A stretch of DNA of 64,000 nucleotides from Candidatus Poribacteria bacterium (GTDB lineage: Bacteria > Poribacteria > WGA-4E > WGA-3G): assembly GCA_963664215.1 (NCBI GenBank), contig OY761015.1. One strand, 5' to 3'. The stretch's first letter is position 1. Each line of letters opens with the position of its first letter. A program made the translations under genes and the position numbers. Under the pieces are notes generated by a model. The model saw nothing but the letters and a program-made list of their open reading frames with translations. It had not been told where the DNA came from and made no database searches. This document shows positions 18,557 through 28,016 of this stretch, one piece after another.

Positions 18557-21500
18557 CTAAACGTCTTCAATACTCAGTGGACGATCCATTTTCTGATTTT
18601 CGGCTTCCAATTTCTCACGACTTGCGACGACACAAATTGCGGCTTTATCCTTATTTTCCTCCAGCGTTTGAAGTAGAGCACGTTTCACCTTCGTGGGGGT
18701 TGCGCGTCGGAGTTGTGCATATCTTTCTTCGAGCACTTCATGTGTCTGTCCTGTAAGGTGGTGCGTAAGCGCATCGGTTGAGGCTTGACCGGGTCGGATT
18801 GTTTTCTGGTAATCTGCCGCTGTCGCGATAATCGCTCTATCAATGTCTACCTGCGTCCATTCTGCCTGTTTGATATAATCAGCAGTCTGTTCAAAGACGT
18901 TGAGTGTCCGTGCGATGTGCGGATCAGCGCATGATCCTTGGTACAGACAGGCATTAAGCGGGTCATACGCGAAGCATGGTAGGTAAGCATTGCCCTTAAG
19001 ACGAACTTCGGTCATAATGTAGCCAAGCCATAAGATCTGGGCACCGATGGTTAAGAAGACTGAATCTGGATGTGAGTAGTGCGGTGCCGGTATTGCGTAT
19101 GTACAGTTGGCTATCTGCATAGGAACCACCACCCCTTCGCGTGGTGGGGTGTCAAAAGGTTTAAAACCCATTGGTGCTGGAGTTATCGGTTCATTACGCA
19201 TGGCACCAATCCATTCAGCGAGTTTTCCACTGAACACCTCAAAAGATGCATCAGAACCGGTAAAACTGGCAGTCACGCGACCGTGCACTAATAGAAAATC
19301 GCGAATCTGTTCGATGTAACCGCAAAGTTCTTCATGAGATTCATCAAAACGGTTGAGTAACATTTCACACGTGCGGAGTTGTGGTATTCCAAAGACGATT
19401 TCTGAGAGATGTGTCTGCAGTGAAAGACCACGGGCGGCATGATAGGTCGCCGAAGCCAAGCCATAAGGAAACCGCAGTTTATTCATCAAGGTTGTGCGAC
19501 ACTCTGTTAGTGCTTGGTTAAGTACGTCGCGAAGTCGTCCAGTATTACGCGGATTCACAGCAAAAATCAGATCGTGCAAGACATCTAAAGCATCCCCTAT
19601 TTTACCGTCAAGTGCTTTAAGTTGAAACTGCATGTTACACAACGTTCGACCCGCATCGAGTGCGTGTGTGCTAAAGTTAGGGAAGCATTCCAGACCGCCG
19701 GTAGCTGCTGCGGTACGCTGCGCCATCTTCGCGTAATCTCTGCTGCCAGCACCGAGTTTGTGGATAGCATCGGTGTATCTGGGCAGATACTGCCAAAGGT
19801 GTTGCGGCAATCCTTGCAGATCAAAATTTAGGGTAAGATAGTTCACACCGTTGGAAAAGATATTGCTTCGGAGTAGAGGACGTCCGCTAACCGTTTCAAC
19901 ACTTGTGGAAACATGCAGCGGTTTCTCAGGTAGATCAGAGACGCGCAGTTGCGGCAACTTTGCTAAATCCTCGGATGAATTGGGTTGTCCGTTGAGACGT
20001 TCAAGTTCAGCAGCATCGGCAGCAATTTCTATCATCTGTTCATCGGTGAGTTGTGATCGGATCGCTTTCAGGCGTGCGTCCTGATTCGCGTCAACGCGAG
20101 CCTGCATGCCCGGGTCAGGGGAGAGAACAGTTGTCAACCGATGTGGGTTGTCAAGCAGCCGCTCGCGAATCAATTCATTGAAAATACGCGGATTTTGCTC
20201 CCAGCGTTGCCGAATAGTAGATAGGACTGAACCCATCTTTAAAAAGAGGATCGGTTCCTTTTCATATATCCAAGTGTTTATGACACGCTCCATCATCTGA
20301 AACGGAAATCTCGGCGTGATTTCCTGATAATCATAAGTGATTTGCTGGAACGCAGCATTCACTGTTTCCTTGTTAATTTCTGTATCTGCAATTTGAGTTA
20401 AGGTATTGACGACCAATTCTGTGAAAGCCTCAATGCGATCTGCCTCGCTTCCGGTTAAGCCGATATAAAAGGTACTGTGCGGACCTATGGTATTAACTCC
20501 GGGGCGCATGAGAAACCTATTATCGAATAAGTCGGTTCCGAGTTTTGAATCAATAAGCGCTTTTCGAAGGAGTGCTCCCTCGTTGCCGAGCAAAATGAGG
20601 CCTAAGATGCGGCATAAGACGACATCCTCAGGATCCGTTGCATCACCAATAAGCCAATTGAGCATGAGATAGGTCTTCTCAGCGATCGGTTCGTTTGCAC
20701 CAATCAGATAGGTATCACTCACTGTCCGTGGAGTTTTCCACTTTGAAGGATGTGTAATTTCCGGTCGGAGGGGGTGTAGAAACCCGTTTGTCTCCGGCTT
20801 TGGCATTGCCGCCAGTTTATCGGCAAGAAATTCGAGATAATCACTTGTTGGAATATTACCGTAGAAGAAGAAGTAACAATTCCTCGGATGGAAGTAGGTT
20901 TGGTGATAGGACTTAAATTGTTCATAGGTTAGATCGGGCATAACCAGTGAGTTTCCACCACTATCAAGGGCATAGCAAGTGTTGGGCAGAAGTCCACCAG
21001 TCACGACAGAATACGAGTGGTATTCTGGGTTAGACAAGCCGTCTTTTTGTTCATTGTAGACAATTCCATTTATTTTTAAATTTCCCGTAGGCTGGTCCGG
21101 ATCTGTAGGTTCAAGGTGGTGACCTTCGCGTTTGAAAGTTTCCTCTGTCAACAGCGGATGAAACACGGAATCAAAGTAGACGTCTGCAAGGTTGAACAGG
21201 TCTTTCTTGACATTGCTTGAGGCATAGTAAAAGGCATGGTCGATCCAGTTCATCGCCATCGCGTCTTCAAAGGTGGCGAGACTCATCTTGATCATCTCAA
21301 GGAACACCTCTTTTACTGGGAAATTTCGAGATCCCGCCATTACGGAGTGTTCGAGGATATGTTGTAGCCCTGTATCATCGAATGCTGGGGTTGTCGGATT
21401 GATCGAAAACCAGTTTTTGGTGTCACCTGTATAGAGATGCATCAGTCGTGCCCCGCTATGGGGATGCAAAAGTTCTATAGCGACTGCGCGCAACTCATCA

Positions 21501-21628
21501 ATCGGTGTAACGGCTTTCACTTCAAAGCCTTGAAGGTGTTGTCCTGGGGAAAGGTTAACGGGTGGATGTTGAAAATCTGTTTTGTTTTGTGGAGATGTAT
21601 TGGGTGCATTATTCTGTTCTGAATGCAT
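18557..21628 (-). CDS. M16 family zinc metallopeptidase, PreP/pitrilysin-like (M16C), 1023 aa
   Basis: Inverted zinc-binding motif HILEH (HxxEH) near the N-terminus. Length and four-domain organisation match presequence-protease-like enzymes. Confidence 0.8.
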   Translation of the reverse strand: MHSEQNNAPNTSPQNKTDFQHPPVNLSPGQHLQGFEVKAVTPIDELRAVAIELLHPHSGARLMHLYTGDTKNWFSINPTTPAFDDTGLQHILEHSVMAGSRNFPVKEVFLEMIKMSLATFEDAMAMNWIDHAFYYASSNVKKDLFNLADVYFDSVFHPLLTEETFKREGHHLEPTDPDQPTGNLKINGIVYNEQKDGLSNPEYHSYSVVTGGLLPNTCYALDSGGNSLVMPDLTYEQFKSYHQTYFHPRNCYFFFYGNIPTSDYLEFLADKLAAMPKPETNGFLHPLRPEITHPSKWKTPRTVSDTYLIGANEPIAEKTYLMLNWLIGDATDPEDVVLCRILGLILLGNEGALLRKALIDSKLGTDLFDNRFLMRPGVNTIGPHSTFYIGLTGSEADRIEAFTELVVNTLTQIADTEINKETVNAAFQQITYDYQEITPRFPFQMMERVINTWIYEKEPILFLKMGSVLSTIRQRWEQNPRIFNELIRERLLDNPHRLTTVLSPDPGMQARVDANQDARLKAIRSQLTDEQMIEIAADAAELERLNGQPNSSEDLAKLPQLRVSDLPEKPLHVSTSVETVSGRPLLRSNIFSNGVNYLTLNFDLQGLPQHLWQYLPRYTDAIHKLGAGSRDYAKMAQRTAAATGGLECFPNFSTHALDAGRTLCNMQFQLKALDGKIGDALDVLHDLIFAVNPRNTGRLRDVLNQALTECRTTLMNKLRFPYGLASATYHAARGLSLQTHLSEIVFGIPQLRTCEMLLNRFDESHEELCGYIEQIRDFLLVHGRVTASFTGSDASFEVFSGKLAEWIGAMRNEPITPAPMGFKPFDTPPREGVVVPMQIANCTYAIPAPHYSHPDSVFLTIGAQILWLGYIMTEVRLKGNAYLPCFAYDPLNACLYQGSCADPHIARTLNVFEQTADYIKQAEWTQVDIDRAIIATAADYQKTIRPGQASTDALTHHLTGQTHEVLEERYAQLRRATPTKVKRALLQTLEENKDKAAICVVASREKLEAENQKMDRPLSIEDV

Positions 21629-21811
21629 TCTAACCTCTATCCTTTCGTGTTTCTACAACGCGAATGAGACTTCGGTCTGAAGAAAGAAGAGTCTCCCACA
21701 GACCGAAGTCGACCGGAAACAGCAGTATTTCAATCAAACATATTCTTGACCCAGAAAACCCTATTTCCAGTCCCTCTATGCGCGTATTGTTACTACAAAC
21801 GAAACCCTAAA

Positions 21812-21994
21812 ACGTTGCACATTTCCTCTTAAAGTCCCCTGATAAGGGGCGGGGAAGCCCACACGGGCTTCATACCCGGGGAAGCCCACACGGGCTTCAT
21901 ACCGTTGATTCTGATTCTTTAGGGGGTTAAATTACGGAAATAACGCCTTTTTGATGGAATATATCGCCTTTTTACACAATTTACGTAAGTCTTG
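21812..21994. repeat. family-1 MITE-like element with terminal inverted repeats ACTTACGCA / TGCGTAAGT (copy 1, degenerate left end, carries an internal 27-bp tandem duplication)
   Basis: Shares ...TTCCTCTTAAAG-CCCCTGATAAGGGG...GGTTAAATTACGGAAATAACGCCTTTTTGATGGAATATATC-CCTTTTTACACAATTTGCGTAAGTC with the copies at 31037..31177 and 37603..37719. Confidence 0.7.
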
Positions 21995-22109
21995 TTATTA
22001 TTAATGACGCGGTTTGGAGACGAAAAGGGTGCATTATTTTATGGTGAATTATCAAGATGCGTTGACCCCTACTGGTAGGTGCGGTTGGATGAAGTTTAAT
22101 AAAATATTT

Positions 22110-22195
22110 GGGTAATTCTATGTTCTCCCAGGCCCGGTAGGTGCGGTTTGTAACCGCACCGATTGAATTGTAAAGTTAATTGTATGATCCACCAT
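22110..22195. repeat. family-3 element (third copy), core CCCGGTAGGTGCGGTTTGTAACCGCACCGAT
   Basis: Perfect 8-bp stem GTGCGGTT/AACCGCAC following GTAG. Flanks related to the 14946 copy. Confidence 0.65.
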
Positions 22196-22225
22196 AAAAG
22201 ATCACAGAAAGTGGAAGAGAGTTTT

Positions 22226-23251
22226 TCATTCGTTCCAGATGCCGATTTCGCGGTAGAAACGGACAGCACCTGGGTGAAAAGACGTGCCTGTATCTTTGAC
22301 GACATTTTTCGGATTAATAGCTTTGCCCGCACCGTGCCGTTTCACGACTTCTGCCCGGTGTGTATACACAGTCTTTACGAATTCGTAGACCGTGGTTTCA
22401 TCTGCGTTCTCAGCAGTAATCAGGTGCATCGCGCCTACGTTCATGCTGGCAAACGGCTCTATCTGACCTTTGTAGGTGTTAGCAGGGATGGTTATGGCGT
22501 TAAAGAAAGGGTAGTCCGCGAAGAGAGACTGTTTCGCGGCGTCGTCAAATGGAATAAAAAAGATGTCTTGAGAGGTACTGGCTTGCGTAGCAGCTGGTGT
22601 TGGGACCGCACCGCCCACGAATGCCGCGGCGGCGGAACCGTCTGCTAACAAATCTACTGCACCGATATACGTGCTATTGATCGGCGTGAAATCGTCGTAG
22701 GTGATACCGTGTGCCGCCAGAATCGGTTTAAGGAAATACTCGAACCCCGCACCCGCCGGTCCGACCACAATCCGTTTACCGGCGAAGTCTCGGATGCTAC
22801 GGATATCAGAAGACTGCGGTGTGAGGAATAGACCAACATTGGGAGCAAGTGTCATGACGTTACGGATAGCGTGTTCAGTTCCCCACGCGCCTTCTCCGCG
22901 CACAGCGAAATAGGAGATTGCAGCGTTAGCGAGCGCGAATTCCAATTCACCGCTTACGATACGTCGGATGTTTTCCTGTGTGCCTTTCGTGGCTTCGGCG
23001 GTCACTTCCCAGTTCGTGTCTTGGACGTTACCATCAACGACCTCAGCAATTGCGGAACCGACGACGAAGAACGCACCACCTGCAGGGGCCGTGCCAATAC
23101 TGATATAGCGGCGTTTTGTGGAGTTATCGTTCACTAACTGGGCGGGTGTATCGCTCTTCTGATCTTGGGCGGTGTCGCGTTTTGAAGCATTATCGCACCC
23201 GATTGCAAATATAACGCAGAGAATTGATAGATAGGACAGGATTGATTTCAT
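22226..23251 (-). CDS. TRAP transporter solute receptor, TAXI family (lipoprotein)
   Basis: Lipobox FAIGC. IGTAPAGGAFFVVGSAIAEVV glycine-rich motif typical of TAXI substrate-binding proteins. No cognate permease gene adjacent. Confidence 0.65.
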   Translation of the reverse strand: MKSILSYLSILCVIFAIGCDNASKRDTAQDQKSDTPAQLVNDNSTKRRYISIGTAPAGGAFFVVGSAIAEVVDGNVQDTNWEVTAEATKGTQENIRRIVSGELEFALANAAISYFAVRGEGAWGTEHAIRNVMTLAPNVGLFLTPQSSDIRSIRDFAGKRIVVGPAGAGFEYFLKPILAAHGITYDDFTPINSTYIGAVDLLADGSAAAAFVGGAVPTPAATQASTSQDIFFIPFDDAAKQSLFADYPFFNAITIPANTYKGQIEPFASMNVGAMHLITAENADETTVYEFVKTVYTHRAEVVKRHGAGKAINPKNVVKDTGTSFHPGAVRFYREIGIWNE

Positions 23252-23306
23252 GAGGATCTCCTATGGGTTATGGTTATTTCGGCTTACAAGGTTCTCTCAC
23301 TCCGTG

Positions 23307-24569
23307 TCAATTGAGCGGTACTTCAGGTGGAAATGGACACATTTCTGACATCGCTGGGAAGATGTGCGTTACATCTTTTCTAAATACATCTCCACTCAAG
23401 ATATCGACGATGCCTCCCTGATGCTCTGGATATTCTGAAAGAAACCGCGCGAAACTGAATTCCTTTGTATAAAAAGCGTAGACGAGTTTCCGAAATGCCT
23501 CCATTCCTTTTACAAACGCGGGTCCGAAACTTCCGAGTTGCGCTTCGGAAAAGTCATTTTTATCGAACGCTTCAATGATAACGTCCGCCGCCATCTCACC
23601 GGATTTGAGTGCCAGAAACAGCCCAGTCGAATAGACGGGGTCCAAGAATCCGAATGCGTCGCCTACGAGCACCCAGTTGTTACCTGCGATACGACTCGCG
23701 CGGTAGGAAAAGTCTTTCGTGGTTTGGATGGGAAACAGTTGCTTCGCGCCTTCGAGCCGTTGTTGCAATGGCGCGCACTTCGCGAGTTCTTCGGTGAAGA
23801 TTTTTTGCGCATTGAGTTTGCCGTCGGCATCTCTTCGATTCTGAAGCAGATAGCCTAACTCGCCTACGACCCCGATACTCGTGCGGTTATAGGGGAGCGG
23901 GATCGACCAGAACCAAGAATCTTTCTCTTCGGTGTGGAGGATGAGCGTCGCGCCTTCGTCGATGCCTTCATCTCTATGTCCAGCTTCGTAATGTGTAAAA
24001 AGCGATGCCATTTTGAGGTTCGGTTCTGTCGTATTCAGTTTCAGTTGCCTGCCGATGAGGGATCGCTGTCCGGTGGAATCCACGATGACGGTGGCGTTGA
24101 GGGTTTCACGGGTGCCGTCTGTGTGCTGCGTAACAACGCCGGTTGCTGTGTCCCCTTCAAAGAGGACTTCTCGGACACCTATTCCCCTGCGGATTTCCAC
24201 CCCTTTTTCTTTCGCATTGTCCAAGAGCATCTCATCAAACTCACTCCGTAGAACCTGCCATGTGACAGCACTCTCATGCGGGTTGGTTTGAAAGAAATAG
24301 AAGGGGTTGGAGGCTTTACCGGAGCGTGAGTAGAACTGCACACTGTACTTCTGTGGGAAATGGCTTGCCCGCAGTTTTTCGAGCATACCGAGTCGTTTGA
24401 AAGTCCAGTAGGTAGCGGGAATCAGCGATTCTCCGATTTTGAATGTCGGTTCAGATTCCCGTTCAAGGAGCAGGACGCGATGCCCTTGTTCAGCGACAAG
24501 CGTTGCAACAGTGCTTCCAGCGGGTCCACCCCCGATAACGATGATGTCGTAGTTGTGATGTGTGTTCAT
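23307..24569 (-). CDS. flavin-dependent halogenase-like FAD monooxygenase
   Basis: N-terminal dinucleotide fold IIVIGGGPAGS. GDAFGFLDP FAD motif. WFWSIPL matches the WxWxIP signature of flavin-dependent halogenases. Confidence 0.6.
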   Translation of the reverse strand: MNTHHNYDIIVIGGGPAGSTVATLVAEQGHRVLLLERESEPTFKIGESLIPATYWTFKRLGMLEKLRASHFPQKYSVQFYSRSGKASNPFYFFQTNPHESAVTWQVLRSEFDEMLLDNAKEKGVEIRRGIGVREVLFEGDTATGVVTQHTDGTRETLNATVIVDSTGQRSLIGRQLKLNTTEPNLKMASLFTHYEAGHRDEGIDEGATLILHTEEKDSWFWSIPLPYNRTSIGVVGELGYLLQNRRDADGKLNAQKIFTEELAKCAPLQQRLEGAKQLFPIQTTKDFSYRASRIAGNNWVLVGDAFGFLDPVYSTGLFLALKSGEMAADVIIEAFDKNDFSEAQLGSFGPAFVKGMEAFRKLVYAFYTKEFSFARFLSEYPEHQGGIVDILSGDVFRKDVTHIFPAMSEMCPFPPEVPLN

Positions 24570-24803
24570 TTACTGATGAGTTTCCATGTGTGCTCGAAGC
24601 ACCTTATTTATCCGCTCGTGGTAATCTTGTCCCTGTTCCTTGAACCATTCCAAAATTTCATGTTCGATCTGAAGGTAATTTTCAGGAACAATTCGCTGAG
24701 CATTTTCCCAAAAGTCATCATCAAGTTCAGCAATCTCTGACATATCAATCGAGTCCTCGGGAAGGCTCTCAATCTCAGAAAGCCGTGTTTTTGAAAGTTT
24801 CAT
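24570..24803 (-). CDS. brnA: BrnA-family antitoxin (DUF4415/COG3514)
   Basis: 77 aa. SEIAELDDDFWENA and C-terminal ILEWFKEQGQDYHERINKVLRAHM match the BrnA consensus. Its TAA stop directly abuts the halogenase ATG. Confidence 0.65.
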   Translation of the reverse strand: MKLSKTRLSEIESLPEDSIDMSEIAELDDDFWENAQRIVPENYLQIEHEILEWFKEQGQDYHERINKVLRAHMETHQ

Positions 24804-25077
24804 TATATCTTCTCCTTTCCTTGGATGTTGCTTTTCTGGCAGAGATAATCCGGGTCTGACTGTTCCTGTTTGTGTGACAAACTACCAACACCGCTCCACT
24901 TCCAAGTGTCCCAATGATAATCTCTCTAATCTCTCCTTGACCTTTTTCATCGTAATAATCTCTGGGATCGGCTCTCGTGAAGTGTACACCTTAAAAAATA
25001 AGTCTCGCTTCTTCAAAACGAATCCCATGCTTTTTGAAGTTCACTCGGTTTTTGTGTTCGTCCCAGCTAAATTCCAT
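24775..25077 (-). pseudogene. brnT: BrnT-family toxin (DUF497) interrupted by an in-frame TAA
   Basis: Minus-strand translation MEFSWDEHKNRVNFKKHGIRFEEARLIF*GVHFTRADPRDYYDEKGQGEIREIIIGTLGSGAVLVVCHTNRNSQTRIISARKATSKERRRYNETFKNTAF* has the BrnT hallmarks (xFxWDxxKxxxNxxKHG..FEEA; RIISARKAT). A TAA at 24991..24993 splits it. The 3' end overlaps the brnA start in the +1 frame. Confidence 0.6.
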
Positions 25078-25249
25078 AATGCTAGCTTGGCTTATTTATA
25101 GAGTGTGAATATCACCATAATACGATATTATAACACAACTCAAAGGATTGCGTAAGTCCTAATTGATTAACAAAGGGTGGAGCATAATCTCAATGCATTG
25201 CGTCCCTAATGCTCAATAAGTTGCAAGACTACTAACCGAGGCGTGTTGC

Positions 25250-26500
25250 TCACGAGGACCGCTCATCAGAGAATCGGTTTGACTTCAATTCAAATCTCGG
25301 TAGTGTTCCAAGTGGAACTGCTTTCACGACGGCACGCAAGCCTAATTCATCTCGGATCGCCGCGGCAATAGCAGTAGCGGTATCCGTCGGATCTGGATTC
25401 GTGGATTCAATCTGGATTTCTAATTCGTCGAGCGTGCCTGTTCCATAGATACGTGCCGCGAACTCTCGGACCTCTGGAAACTTGAGGATGATATTTTCGA
25501 GCGTCGCAGGATACACGTTTAGACCGCGGATAATAACGGCTTTGTCCAATCGTCCAATAACACCGCCGTCAAGGACGCGGTTCTTTCTACCGCATTCACA
25601 GGGTGCCGATTTAAGCTTGACGTAATCCCCCGTCCGGTAACGGATAACGGGCATACCGACGCGTCCTAAATTCGTAATAACTAACTCACCCGCATCTGCG
25701 GGGTTTCCAGTTTCCGGATCAAGCACTTCACAGATAAACTCATCTTCGTTGAGGTGGACACCTGCTTGCGGTTCGCACATAACTCCCCATGCACCGACTT
25801 CCGTTGCGCCGGCATGATCGTAGGCACGCGCACCCCAGCGGCTTTCAAGGCGGTGTTTCGTAGCGGGTAGACTTGCTCCCGGTTCACCGGCATGGATTGT
25901 CACCCGAATTGAGCTTTCTTCAGAGAGATTGATGCCGTCTTGTTCTGCGACTTCAGCGAGCCGCAACGCATACGTCGGTGTAGCAATTAGCACCGTCACA
26001 TCGTTGCTGAGGATCGCGCGTATCCGCTGATCGGAGGTCATGCCACCATTTGGAATGATGAGTGCGCCGAGTTGCTGCGCGCCGTGGTATGCACTCCAGA
26101 AACCGATAAACGGACCGAACGAAAAGGCGATCATGAGCCGGTCGGCTGAAGTTACACCAGCGGCGTGATAGATATCACCCCAGCATTTGCCCCACCAATC
26201 CCACGATTCTGCTGTGTCCAACCATCGCAGTGGTGAACCTGTTGTGCCTGAGGTGCGGTGGAGGCAGGTATATCGCTCCAACGGAAAAGTGAGATTTGTC
26301 CCGTAAGGTGGGTGCGATACTTGATCGGCACTGAGCTCTTCTTTTGTGGTAAATGGGAGTTGCCGGTAGTCTGTGAACGATTGTACGTCGTTTGGATCCG
26401 TGACCCCAGCTTCGGTGAGTTTTTGTTTGTAGAAGGCGTTGGTTTCCAACACCGGAGCAAGTATCTCGCGGAGGCGATGTAATTGTGTGTTTGTATCCAT
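25250..26500 (-). CDS. phenylacetate-CoA ligase-like adenylate-forming enzyme (PaaK / coenzyme F390 synthetase family)
   Basis: About 415-430 aa with PaaK-family N-terminal and AMP-binding core. Likely start is MDTNTQLHRL (26500) rather than the ORF track start at 26542, which overlaps the upstream gene. Confidence 0.75.
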   Translation of the reverse strand: MDTNTQLHRLREILAPVLETNAFYKQKLTEAGVTDPNDVQSFTDYRQLPFTTKEELSADQVSHPPYGTNLTFPLERYTCLHRTSGTTGSPLRWLDTAESWDWWGKCWGDIYHAAGVTSADRLMIAFSFGPFIGFWSAYHGAQQLGALIIPNGGMTSDQRIRAILSNDVTVLIATPTYALRLAEVAEQDGINLSEESSIRVTIHAGEPGASLPATKHRLESRWGARAYDHAGATEVGAWGVMCEPQAGVHLNEDEFICEVLDPETGNPADAGELVITNLGRVGMPVIRYRTGDYVKLKSAPCECGRKNRVLDGGVIGRLDKAVIIRGLNVYPATLENIILKFPEVREFAARIYGTGTLDELEIQIESTNPDPTDTATAIAAAIRDELGLRAVVKAVPLGTLPRFELKSNRFSDERSS

Positions 26501-26507
26501 TGCCGGT

Positions 26508-27848
26508 TTAGGTATATCGCGTGTTCTGGTATTCGGAGGCATAGAACGCTGGAAGCAGGCTATCGACTTGGAGCAACCCGCGTTGCGTCAATTGAATCTC
26601 GTCCGATGCGGCGTTGACACGCAACATGCCGTCGTTTTGCAGTTTTTCATAGGGTTCGGCAAAAATATTGAGGATGTCCGCGTCGAACTTCGCTTTGAAG
26701 TAGGAAGGTCTAATCTTTCCAAGCTTGAGTTGCAGGATCATCTCTCGCGTCAATCGTTCTGTTTCTGTCGGTTTGAGTGCTCGGTAGACGGGGATCCTAT
26801 CTTCCTCAAGGTGCTTGAGATAGTCTCCCCATGAGGGGGCATTTTGGAAATGGATCCCACTGAGATGTGAGAAGGAGGCGACACCTGTGCCGATCATATC
26901 GCTGCCCTGCCATACCGCATCACGATAGACGAACTGGCAATGTTTGTCCTTCTTGAGCACTGTGTACGCGCTGGATTGCTCGTAACCGGCTTGCTCAAAC
27001 TGCTCAAAGGCGTATTGATGCCATTCCCGCTTCAGTTTCCAGTCTGCCACTGGCAGTGTATCACCACCGAGAATATCTTTAGAATAGACGGTATTGAAGG
27101 GCAATTCCAACTGATAAACGGTAACACTGTCCGGATCGAGTTCAATCGTCTTTTGAACGGTTTCTCGCCAACTCTCCCACGTTTCACCGATCATACCTGA
27201 GATGAGATCGATGTTGACCTGATTGAACGCCAACGCCTTTATCCACGGGACAATGCGGTACACCTCTTTGGAAAGATGTGCCCTACCGTTTTCAGCGAGG
27301 ATCTCGTCGTTCAGGTTCTCAACACCGAGGCTCAGTCGGGTTACACCGATCCCTTTGATCGCCTCTACTTTCTTTTCCGTCAAGGTCCCCGGTTCACATT
27401 CAAAAGCGACCTCTTCAGCAGCGTCCCACGGCATCACCCGTTTGACCCTGTCAACGAGAGCCGTCAGATGTTTGACGCTGATGTAGGAAGGTGTTCCGCC
27501 ACCGAAATAGACAAATCTCAGAGGTCTACCCGTAATTGCGGGGTGTGTGCTGTACAGTTCGACCTCTTTCGCAAGTGCGTTCAGATACGTGTCGATTTCT
27601 GAGCTATTTTTATCGGTATAGACGCGGAAATAGCAGAATTTGCATCGCTTGCGACAGAAAGGGATATGGAGGTATAGTCCCAATGTCGCATCTGGGCGCG
27701 GTTGTTCACAGAGCGCGCGCTGTACTGCGGGTACATCCGACTCGCCCCATACGGAATACGGCGGGTAGTTGGAGACGAAAACGCTTCCTACGGTTGTGTC
27801 TTTTGAATCTATGCCTGCTGTTGCAGGTTCCGGTTTAGCTTCAGGCAT
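26508..27848 (-). CDS. HemN-like radical SAM enzyme (oxygen-independent coproporphyrinogen III oxidase family)
   Basis: CxxxCxxC radical SAM cluster motif in YLHIPFCRKRCKFCYF. GGGTPS SAM-binding motif. C-terminal HemN_C-like region. 446 aa. Confidence 0.85.
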   Translation of the reverse strand: MPEAKPEPATAGIDSKDTTVGSVFVSNYPPYSVWGESDVPAVQRALCEQPRPDATLGLYLHIPFCRKRCKFCYFRVYTDKNSSEIDTYLNALAKEVELYSTHPAITGRPLRFVYFGGGTPSYISVKHLTALVDRVKRVMPWDAAEEVAFECEPGTLTEKKVEAIKGIGVTRLSLGVENLNDEILAENGRAHLSKEVYRIVPWIKALAFNQVNIDLISGMIGETWESWRETVQKTIELDPDSVTVYQLELPFNTVYSKDILGGDTLPVADWKLKREWHQYAFEQFEQAGYEQSSAYTVLKKDKHCQFVYRDAVWQGSDMIGTGVASFSHLSGIHFQNAPSWGDYLKHLEEDRIPVYRALKPTETERLTREMILQLKLGKIRPSYFKAKFDADILNIFAEPYEKLQNDGMLRVNAASDEIQLTQRGLLQVDSLLPAFYASEYQNTRYT

Positions 27849-28016
27849 TATTGAGGCTCCTTTACCTCAAGCGGCATTGATATCTTTACGATCCTGAGGT
27901 ATGGGATGTGGCGTATAGCATTCGTATAACATGAGTGTGGTTTCTATTGATTTTTAGTCAACTCACGTTCAAATAAGTTCACATTATTATAACATGAAAC
28001 GCTAAATCGTGCCAAT

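Noticed and set aside
26508-27848. Treating the HemN-like radical SAM as ordinary heme biosynthesis hemN
   Set aside because: Not rejected outright. No other hem genes are in the window and the gene is translationally coupled to a PaaK-like ligase, so I report it as HemN-like rather than hemN.
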